A stretch of DNA of 24,000 bases from Campylobacter phage vB_CjeM_WX1. The DNA is taken from the sequence record OP654737.1. The stretch is one strand, 5' to 3'. A program made the translations under genes and the position numbers. Shown in pieces: positions 16,900 to 24,000 of this stretch (position 1 is its first letter; each line of letters begins with the position of its first letter). Below the pieces are notes generated by a model that was not told the origin of the DNA, did not search any database, and saw only the letters and a program-made list of their open reading frames with translations.

Positions 16900-16942
16900 T
16901 TCACACTATAGATCGGAAATAAATATCCAAAAAGGCTCAGCA

Positions 16943-17575
16943 GTGAACGTAAGGTTACGTATTATTAATAATCAGCAAGTACCAGAATTACCAAGTTTTA
17001 CAGAATCTAAAGATGATAATTTAACTACAGATGTTAAATTAGATGTCTTGACTCATCAGGAAGTAGATAGAAACTTTGCTAATATTATTACGTGGTTAAA
17101 AACTGCCAGTGATAAAATATTAGAACAATCCGCAGTTCTAAAACAATTAGACCCTGAAAATATGGAGAAACTTTTAGAAGCTGCGGAGCAAATACAAACA
17201 ATTTCTGGTGACATTAAAAACTTAGAAACTAAGTATAATCAGATTAATAACGATTTAACAAATTACAAAGTTTCAAATGATTTAGCTTTATCTAAAAAAT
17301 TAGATTCTGTAAAAACTATAAATGGTATGGATATTAAGGGTTCTGGAAACGCAGATATCAATATAACAAGAACGCAATTTACAAATCACTTAACTAATAT
17401 TGGTATCAATGAAATTGGTAGTATAGCTATATTAGATTCAAAAACAACTTTAGTTTTTAATAATTTATATGCGGGTTCCAGCTTGTCCACGGATACTTAT
17501 GCATATATGCAAGGTACTTGGAAATGTACTGGCAAATTAAGTGATAATAAAGGCTTATTCATTAGAGTATCATAA
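16943..17575 (+). CDS. Tail-fibre/structural-like protein
   Basis: GTG start; coiled-coil region, KTINGMDIKGSGNADINIT, typical of phage fibre-associated proteins. Confidence 0.5.
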   Translation: MNVRLRIINNQQVPELPSFTESKDDNLTTDVKLDVLTHQEVDRNFANIITWLKTASDKILEQSAVLKQLDPENMEKLLEAAEQIQTISGDIKNLETKYNQINNDLTNYKVSNDLALSKKLDSVKTINGMDIKGSGNADINITRTQFTNHLTNIGINEIGSIAILDSKTTLVFNNLYAGSSLSTDTYAYMQGTWKCTGKLSDNKGLFIRVS

Positions 17576-17591
17576 TCAGTTTTAAGCAAGT

Positions 17592-17614
17592 TTTAAGCAT
17601 TTATATAATATAAT
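17592..17614 (+). promoter_or_regulatory. Promoter-like TTTAAG-N11-TATAAT
   Basis: TTTAAGcatttatataaTATAAT, upstream of RBS caaggaga. Confidence 0.7.
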
Positions 17615-17634
17615 ATATGAAACAAGGAGATTCG

Positions 17635-18312
17635 ATGGTATTAGAATATAACCCTATTAAATTGGGTAACAGATCTATTAAAGTTCGCAATTGGAAAGTC
17701 AAAGACCGCGAACTCTACAAAAGTAAATTAAAAAATATCAGTTCTACAGAAGACGAACTCAAAGCAAGATATGAATGTTTTGTTACAAATGTTTTAGAAA
17801 ATCCAACAGCTTTAAATAATGATGAATTAGAATATTTGTTTTTATTATTAAGGATTATGAATCTTGGTGATGATTTAAATTATCATTGGTGGTGTAGAAG
17901 TTGTGAAAAAACTACTGATTCTAAAATTAAATTGAGTAAATTATTTACAACAAAATCAGGTAAAATCCAAGATATTGATATTGGTGATATCAAAATTGAA
18001 CTTCAAGATGTTCAAAATGTTGAACTCTATAATAATAAATTAAGAACTTCTGATTCACCAAGTACGGATGATTTAATTTTTCATATTAAATCTATTAATG
18101 GTGATAATACAAAAGGCTTCCAAGATATTAAAAACTACTTCGATGAGTTAGATATTAATACAATGGATAAGATTTCTGAAGCATTTGAAAAAATGATATT
18201 TAAAATTGAATCTAGGGAACATACAGTAACTTGTTCACATTGTGGTGCTAATTCAACTTTTAATTTTGATGAAATACCAGATATCATACCACCAAAATGG
18301 TTAAAACGTTAA
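17635..18312 (+). CDS. Second gp26/gp51-like baseplate protein with two CxxC motifs
   Basis: Internal ATG at 17635 chosen because aaggag lies between 17617 and 17635. ELEYLFLLLRIMNLGDDLNYHWWCRSCEK ... CSHCGANSTFNFDEI. Confidence 0.55.
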   Translation: MVLEYNPIKLGNRSIKVRNWKVKDRELYKSKLKNISSTEDELKARYECFVTNVLENPTALNNDELEYLFLLLRIMNLGDDLNYHWWCRSCEKTTDSKIKLSKLFTTKSGKIQDIDIGDIKIELQDVQNVELYNNKLRTSDSPSTDDLIFHIKSINGDNTKGFQDIKNYFDELDINTMDKISEAFEKMIFKIESREHTVTCSHCGANSTFNFDEIPDIIPPKWLKR

Positions 18313-18326
18313 GAAAGGATTAAATT

Positions 18327-19025
18327 ATGAGTATGTATATAACATATATAGATCAAGGTGCTTATAATATGATTGTTTCTGCTCAAAGAGACAATGCTTT
18401 TTTATTACCGGGGTCTAGCACATTAGAAGTTTTTGATAGTAAATTATTTACAGCAGTTTTAGAAGCGTTAGCAGATAAAAAAACTTGTAAATTCTATAAA
18501 GATGTTGATGTACTAACTTTAGAAAACTTGGAAATCGACGAGAGTTCTAACTTAGTTAAGAATTCGTATATTTTCCAATTAACTTCTGCAATGAGTCAGA
18601 TTTTTACAAAGATACCACAATACACTTATTTTAGATTTCAATATCTTAATAATATATTTGCATCAATGGGATACTTTATAACTGAAAAAAATCGTGAAGA
18701 AATATATATTAAAATTCTTGAAACTGATGACGATGCATTGATTTCAAATCTTGAAGAATATCTTAAGATTGTAAATCAACTAAATCAATATGAAAAAATG
18801 TATCAAGAATTCTTAAATGGTTTAGATGAAATGGAAATGACAGATGATGAAGCAACTTTAGATCAAATCTTACAAGAAGCTTTAAATTATTTTACAAATA
18901 CTCAAAAGAACTTTGTAAAACAGGATTATAAAGGGTGGTTTTCAACAATTAAAGCAGATTATGAAAATCGTCAAAATTCAGCACAACCTTCAGACCAAGC
19001 TTCTAATCAAACTGCTAATAGCTAA
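18327..19025 (+). CDS. Hypothetical protein, 232 aa, acidic C-terminus
   Basis: ORF closely following 18312 with RBS aagaaagg. Confidence 0.7.
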   Translation: MSMYITYIDQGAYNMIVSAQRDNAFLLPGSSTLEVFDSKLFTAVLEALADKKTCKFYKDVDVLTLENLEIDESSNLVKNSYIFQLTSAMSQIFTKIPQYTYFRFQYLNNIFASMGYFITEKNREEIYIKILETDDDALISNLEEYLKIVNQLNQYEKMYQEFLNGLDEMEMTDDEATLDQILQEALNYFTNTQKNFVKQDYKGWFSTIKADYENRQNSAQPSDQASNQTANS

Positions 19026-19123
19026 AAATAAAGATCTAAATTGTTTTAGATCTTTCTCATTTTATGATTTTAAAATACTAAAATTTCTAAAATACTGAAA
19101 TCTAAAACTCAAAAAAAAAAAAC

Positions 19124-19146
19124 TTTAAGTTATTTTATTATATAAT
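19124..19146 (+). promoter_or_regulatory. Promoter-like TTTAAG-N11-TATAAT
   Basis: TTTAAGttattttattaTATAAT, upstream of 19166 ORF. Confidence 0.7.
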
Positions 19147-19165
19147 ACTATAAAAGGAGTTATGA

Positions 19166-19372
19166 ATGTGTAACAAAAATATAAAAGATGTTTTAGAAGC
19201 TGAAGCTAATATCAGTAAGTTTTTAGATCCTTGGGTTTTAACAACTTTTGAACATCAGGTATTAGTAAGATTTTTAACTAATGAATTTATTGGTGCTGAC
19301 TTTGATGATCCTGAAATCCTAAAACATTTAGAAAACAGAGCTAAATTTTATATTGAAGAATTCATTAAATAA
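19166..19372 (+). CDS. Small acidic hypothetical protein
   Basis: 68 aa, own promoter-like element and RBS aaggag. Confidence 0.65.
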   Translation: MCNKNIKDVLEAEANISKFLDPWVLTTFEHQVLVRFLTNEFIGADFDDPEILKHLENRAKFYIEEFIK

Positions 19373-19432
19373 TAAGCTATATTTAACACTAGGTGTTAAT
19401 TTAAATACAAAACTAAAGCAATTTCAAAAAAC

Positions 19433-19455
19433 TTTAAGTTGTTATATTATATAAT
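19433..19455 (+). promoter_or_regulatory. Promoter-like TTTAAG-N11-TATAAT upstream of queE-like gene
   Basis: TTTAAGttgttatattaTATAAT; RBS aaggag. Confidence 0.7.
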
Positions 19456-19472
19456 ATAAAAAAGGAGATTAA

Positions 19473-20267
19473 ATGATTTTCAAAACACGAACTAAAAAAG
19501 TCCCATTCTATGAATTTTTTGGCGATACAATTCAAGGTGAAGGACCAAGATTAAAATCTGCAGTATTTGTTAGAGTCGCAGGTTGCAACAATACTTGCAA
19601 AGGTTTTGGATGCTCTGCAGTAGCCCCTGATGGTTCTACAGTAACAGGTTGCGATACTATTCGGGCAGTATCTCCAAAATTTAAATCACAATGGAAATAC
19701 TTTGATAATTTCAAAGATTTAACTTCAATCATTGACCCACTAGTCGCATTTAAAAACTCTGAAATTAAACATACCAAAGACATCATTTTAACCGGTGGTG
19801 AACCTTTATTATATTGGGATACTAATGTTATTCAAGATTTCTTAGCTTATTATATTTCAAGAAAACATCAAATAACAGTAGAAACTAATGCAAGTTTGGA
19901 TATTGAGTTCTTTAAAGAATACCAAAAAGAAATTATGTTCAGTATGTCAGTTAAATTAAGTTGTTCGGGAGAACCTAAAAAGAAAAGAATTAATATAAAA
20001 ACAATCAGTAAGATTCTTGAAAATTGCCCTAAATCTTATCTTAAATTCGTAGTCAATCCAGAAACTTGGGATACAGACTACACTGAAATAAAAGAAATAC
20101 TTTATGATTTACCAACATATGCTGAAGTATATCTAATGCCTATGGGTGAAACTCGCGAATTACAAATTAAGAACACGCCGTTTGTGTTTGAAAAATGTGC
20201 TGAACACGGGTTTAGTTTTAGCCCAAGAGCGCATATTTTAGCTTTTGATACTAAGGAGGGCATCTAA
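19473..20267 (+). CDS. queE: 7-carboxy-7-deazaguanine synthase-like radical SAM enzyme (QueE)
   Basis: FFGDTIQGEGPRLKSAVFVRVAGCNNTCKGFG...GCDTIRAV; DIILTGGEPLLYWD; VETNAS; FVVNPE. Confidence 0.88.
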   Translation: MIFKTRTKKVPFYEFFGDTIQGEGPRLKSAVFVRVAGCNNTCKGFGCSAVAPDGSTVTGCDTIRAVSPKFKSQWKYFDNFKDLTSIIDPLVAFKNSEIKHTKDIILTGGEPLLYWDTNVIQDFLAYYISRKHQITVETNASLDIEFFKEYQKEIMFSMSVKLSCSGEPKKKRINIKTISKILENCPKSYLKFVVNPETWDTDYTEIKEILYDLPTYAEVYLMPMGETRELQIKNTPFVFEKCAEHGFSFSPRAHILAFDTKEGI

Positions 20268-20527
20268 TGTTAAGTTCATATTTAGATTTTAATATATTAG
20301 GAACAACGGGGTTAATTATTATTAAAATTTTGTTAATATTAGTTGAATTAGGCTTCTATGCATCGGCTTTATTTTTAGCAGCTCTTGGTGTTCTTGGTGT
20401 GTTTAAAACACCAGGAGTATTTTATAAGTTGTTCGTTTTTATTGTTTTAGAATTAGCAGCGTTTGCTTGTTTAAGTTTGGGATATACCATAGGTTTAACT
20501 AATATTGGTTTTATATTTAAGATTTAA
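20267..20527 (+). CDS. Small multi-spanning membrane protein
   Basis: 86 aa, about three hydrophobic helices; translationally coupled (taatg) to queE. Confidence 0.65.
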   Translation: MLSSYLDFNILGTTGLIIIKILLILVELGFYASALFLAALGVLGVFKTPGVFYKLFVFIVLELAAFACLSLGYTIGLTNIGFIFKI

Positions 20528-20536
20528 GGAGTTAAA

Positions 20537-21310
20537 ATGAACTTAATAATTGGTTTTGGTGTGGTTGGACAAAGTTTAGGAAATTATTTTGATTATAAAG
20601 GCATTGAATACAATATAATAGATCCAAGATTTAGTGATGCGAAAAATCTTAATGAAATTAATTTAAATGATTATAGTAAGATTTTTATATGTATTAATTT
20701 TTTAAATGATGCTGCATATGAAGATCAAGATACAAAAACATTATACAAAATTTTAAATACTATAGAATCAAAAGATTTTAGTGGTTTAGTTGTTATTAGA
20801 TCAACGTTGTTACCTAGTAATGTAGATTTTATAGAATCTGAATACAATTTAAAATTTGTAACTTGGCCAGAATTTCTAACAGAAGTTGAATCATTGAAAC
20901 GAGCAAAATATCACATAATAGGTGCTAATAATATTATGTATGCTAAAGAAATTGCTGAATTAATAGATGCACCTTATGATTTTTGTAGTCTTAGAGAAGC
21001 AATGGAAGTTAAATACGCTAGAAATGCTTTAGGGGCTTTAAAAGTATTATTCTTTCACGAATTAAATGAAGCTGGATTTAATGTTAGAAAAATAGAATTA
21101 TTATTAAATGAGTTTGAAGATTTTGACCCTCAAGGGTTAATGGCTAAGTTATGCGTAGATGGTAAAAAAGGTTTTGGTGGTAAATGTTTTCCTAAAGATG
21201 TCCAAGCGCTGATGTTTGAGTCTAATAAACAATCTAGACAAGCAGGTGGTTTCTTCAGAAATATTTTAGAAGCTAATAATCAACTTAGATATTGTTGTAA
21301 AAAATCATAA
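20537..21310 (+). CDS. UDP-glucose/GDP-mannose dehydrogenase-like protein lacking C-terminal domain
   Basis: NLIIGFGVVGQSLG; IRSTLLPS; PEFLTE; EAMEVKYARNALGALKVLFFHEL; GKKGFGGKCFPKDVQAL (catalytic Cys). Confidence 0.8.
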   Translation: MNLIIGFGVVGQSLGNYFDYKGIEYNIIDPRFSDAKNLNEINLNDYSKIFICINFLNDAAYEDQDTKTLYKILNTIESKDFSGLVVIRSTLLPSNVDFIESEYNLKFVTWPEFLTEVESLKRAKYHIIGANNIMYAKEIAELIDAPYDFCSLREAMEVKYARNALGALKVLFFHELNEAGFNVRKIELLLNEFEDFDPQGLMAKLCVDGKKGFGGKCFPKDVQALMFESNKQSRQAGGFFRNILEANNQLRYCCKKS

Positions 21311-21334
21311 ATATATTAAATTTAAAGGTGTAAA

Positions 21335-21724
21335 ATGAATATGAATATACAAAATCCAAAATTTTCTTTCACAGAAGATCAAACAAAACAAGTTCTTATG
21401 GCAGCCTATCATCTGAGCCAAGCTTCAGAATATATCCAAGAAACTAATGGTATGATGTCTTTAATGTTTAATTCTATGGCTATTGAATTATTAGACCAAG
21501 CTGGATTGTCTCAAGCATTTTTAGATGAATTAGGATATACTAAAACAACTGAGCCTAAGATTCAACTTAATAAGAAAGAACAAGCAGAAGTAGACTCTTT
21601 ATTCGATGAGATTTTAAATGGATCTAAATCCACAACAAAGGTAGAAACTGAAGTCAAAACTGAAGTCAAAGATTTAAAATGTGATCACGAGAGTTGTGGT
21701 TGCAAGGATTCGAAAGGAATATAA
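21335..21724 (+). CDS. Hypothetical protein with Cys/His-rich C-terminus
   Basis: 129 aa; tail VETEVKTEVKDLKCDHESCGCKDSKGI. Confidence 0.65.
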   Translation: MNMNIQNPKFSFTEDQTKQVLMAAYHLSQASEYIQETNGMMSLMFNSMAIELLDQAGLSQAFLDELGYTKTTEPKIQLNKKEQAEVDSLFDEILNGSKSTTKVETEVKTEVKDLKCDHESCGCKDSKGI

Positions 21725-22662
21725 TGGTTCAACAAGAATTAAGAAAAATAATTTTTATATTGTTTGATGAACATTTACTTTCGCAAGTTGTAGAAATGTT
21801 CGAAAAATACGAATATATCATAGAAAATAATCCAGAAGGTATAGAAACGAAAACTGCGTATTTAATTTCGAAAATATACACAACTGGTGATAAATCTAAA
21901 GTTTTAGATTATTTAAAACAGTTGGGTGAATTAGAAGCTACTGATATTTTTCCAGATATCAAAATGCTCCAATGTAAATTAGCTATGAATTGTTATGAAA
22001 ACAATTTAATTGAATATAGCAAATTAATAGCAACATTTGATAAAAACGATTTGGATTATGCGCAAGCAAATAACCCGGTAGTTTATAACACACCAGCATT
22101 GTACAGAGTTTCTATCAATGGTAAAGATTTTGACGACAACATCAATAATATCAACAAATGTTTGACTTATTTAGGTGATAAGGTTGTATTTAGGCAAACA
22201 ATCGATAAAGTAGATAGACCAAGTTATAAAAATTATCTTAAGATTAGACATTCGTTGGAATTAGGTGATTACGAATATGGGTTTGAAGCAGTTAGAAATT
22301 TACAAGAATTATTTTATCAAGAAGGTTTAGATGCTAAAATAAACTCTGTTAATTATAAAGAACTTTTAAGTGATTATATTATAATAATGGATTTTATGAG
22401 TGCTTTCCAATTACTTGGGTATAAGTTTACTGACAAACCAGAATATAACAAATTAAAACAAATGTTTAAAGATATTATTATAGAATTAAGTGTGGATTCT
22501 TTATTAATTTTAGAAACTTCTCAAGAAAATGTTCTTAAAATTATTGCAGAAACTAAAAAACGTCTTATAAACGATGTAAAATATGATGCTAGTGAAGTTG
22601 ATGCTTATATGAGCCCAATTTTACAAAGGATAAAGGATAATGGTAAAAGATTTAATAGATAA
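21724..22662 (+). CDS. Hypothetical protein, ~312 aa
   Basis: Track ORF begins 21694; ATG at 21724 overlaps upstream stop (taatg) and follows aaggaa, so it is the likelier start. Confidence 0.7.
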   Translation: MVQQELRKIIFILFDEHLLSQVVEMFEKYEYIIENNPEGIETKTAYLISKIYTTGDKSKVLDYLKQLGELEATDIFPDIKMLQCKLAMNCYENNLIEYSKLIATFDKNDLDYAQANNPVVYNTPALYRVSINGKDFDDNINNINKCLTYLGDKVVFRQTIDKVDRPSYKNYLKIRHSLELGDYEYGFEAVRNLQELFYQEGLDAKINSVNYKELLSDYIIIMDFMSAFQLLGYKFTDKPEYNKLKQMFKDIIIELSVDSLLILETSQENVLKIIAETKKRLINDVKYDASEVDAYMSPILQRIKDNGKRFNR

Positions 22663-22873
22663 AAATCAAGCCGAAGTTCAGTTAAAAATACAAGATTTGC
22701 AAGACATTAGAGTAGGTATAAAATATGCTTTGGGTTGTGCTAAAAAGTTAGATTCTGATGGTTTAAACTCAAGTTTAGATTCGGGTTTAAGCCAAGAAGA
22801 ACTAAACTTTTTAGCTTGTTTAACTTGCTTACCTAAAATCAAAGCTGAAACCAAAACTAAACCCAAGGTTTAA
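22640..22873 (+). CDS. Small Cys-containing protein directly upstream of radical SAM/SPASM gene
   Basis: 77 aa; RBS aaagga; ends FLACLTCLPKIKAETKTKPKV; stop 1 nt before next ATG. Confidence 0.6.
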   Translation: MVKDLIDKNQAEVQLKIQDLQDIRVGIKYALGCAKKLDSDGLNSSLDSGLSQEELNFLACLTCLPKIKAETKTKPKV

Positions 22874-22874
22874 A

Positions 22875-23978
22875 ATGGCTGGTAAACTAATAGTAGAATT
22901 TAGCTTAGATACTAAATGCAACTTAGCTTGTAAATACTGTTATAGTGCTCATACACCACCAAATCCTATGTCTATAGACACAGCTATGAAATTCTTCGAT
23001 AGGATTAATTATATGTTAGATTATTATGATAAAGATAGCTATCATATTTCATACTTTGGTGGAGAACCTTTATTAAACTGGGGAGTGATTGAAGCAACTT
23101 TACCAAAATTTCAAGAAGATCCAAGATGTGCCAGCTATGTTGTGATAACTAATGGTGCATTATTAGACCCTAAAAAAGTTCAGTTCTTAAAGGCTCATAA
23201 TTGTGGAATTTCACTGAGTTTTGATGGTCTATGGCAAAATACTAATCGCCCAGTAGCTGAAGGTACTTTTGAAGGGACTTTAGATTATTTTAAGCAAAAC
23301 AAAGCATTAATTCATAGTATTACAGATACCTGTAAAGTTATGATACAACCCAAGAACTTCACAACAATGACTGAAAATTTTGAGTTTTTTGTTAACGATT
23401 ATGAATTCTTAAGACCTGATTTTTGTTTAGTTCGTGATAACATTTATACTAAAAGCCAAATAGAAACGTTTGCTATAGAAGTTGAAAGATTAGCACATAA
23501 AGTACTTGAATATCAACATAAAGGAATACCAGCAAGTGTAGGATTATTTGATTTATATGCTTTAGATATTTTAGCAGGTGCTAGATTTGGCAAAAGAGAC
23601 CACGGTTGTTTTGTAGGAAATAATGGTTGTTTATATGCAGTAGATGGTAAATTCTGGCCTTGTGAGCGATACAGATCAACTAATAAAATGGTTCTGTATA
23701 GTCCAGAATCTGGATTAAATCTAAAGAATCTTAAGTTTATGTCTAAATACGCAGACCCAAGAAAATTCAAGAAATGTATGAAGTGTGAAATTCGTGAGTA
23801 TTGCAATGTTGGGTGCACACACCAAGAAATGAGAGAAGCTAAATTCGAAGGTAGAGAACCAATAGATTCTGTATGCCATTTATTTAAACATTCTTTTAAG
23901 TGGGCTATGTTTGTTTTTAAGAACTCTACTAAAGAATATAAAGATTATCTATACAGAAGACTTGAGATTGGATCTTGA
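22875..23978 (+). CDS. Radical SAM/SPASM domain enzyme (anSME/peptide-maturase type)
   Basis: CNLACKYCYS; YFGGEPLLNW; ITNGALL; SLSFDG; GCLYAVDGKFWPCERY; CMKCEIREYCNVGC (CX2CX5CX3C) and later CHLF. Confidence 0.92.
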   Translation: MAGKLIVEFSLDTKCNLACKYCYSAHTPPNPMSIDTAMKFFDRINYMLDYYDKDSYHISYFGGEPLLNWGVIEATLPKFQEDPRCASYVVITNGALLDPKKVQFLKAHNCGISLSFDGLWQNTNRPVAEGTFEGTLDYFKQNKALIHSITDTCKVMIQPKNFTTMTENFEFFVNDYEFLRPDFCLVRDNIYTKSQIETFAIEVERLAHKVLEYQHKGIPASVGLFDLYALDILAGARFGKRDHGCFVGNNGCLYAVDGKFWPCERYRSTNKMVLYSPESGLNLKNLKFMSKYADPRKFKKCMKCEIREYCNVGCTHQEMREAKFEGREPIDSVCHLFKHSFKWAMFVFKNSTKEYKDYLYRRLEIGS

Positions 23979-24000
23979 CATCTTTTAGCATCTAACACTC

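Noticed and set aside
17617-17634. Upstream ATG at 17617 as the true start
   Set aside because: It lies directly after the TATAAT element, and aaggaga is placed correctly for the ATG at 17635.

Overview
The window is a gene-dense, AT-rich segment of a T4-type (contractile-tailed) phage genome, almost entirely + strand. Recognisable genes: baseplate gp48-like C-terminus (partial) and gp53-like wedge, tail-tube family protein, probable small terminase gp16, DUF5675-like protein, gp21-type prohead protease, large terminase gp17 carrying a 145-aa mini-intein in the Walker A loop, two gp26/gp51-like Cys-motif baseplate proteins, topoisomerase II large subunit gp39 ending at the same point as in T4 (no gp60 adjacent), an AAA-type P-loop kinase, dUTPase, gp61-like primase, clamp loader gp44, small RNA ligase, RNase H/flap exonuclease, NAD-dependent epimerase-like protein, tail-fibre-like protein, QueE-like radical SAM enzyme, truncated UDP-glucose-dehydrogenase-like protein and a radical SAM/SPASM enzyme. 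Campylobacterota-style QueE cysteine layout and TTTAAG...TATAAT promoter-like elements suggest a Campylobacter-lineage host, probably related to Firehammervirus-type phages (inference). Most interesting: the terminase mini-intein with a Gly-less P-loop; an inverted array of ~85-nt repeats around 771-1376; two recurrent promoter-like motifs that appear to split genes into classes; the split gp39; and a SPASM radical SAM gene tightly coupled to a 77-aa Cys-containing ORF. I found no convincing CRISPR, tRNA or classical defence system. All protein names come from motif recognition by eye.
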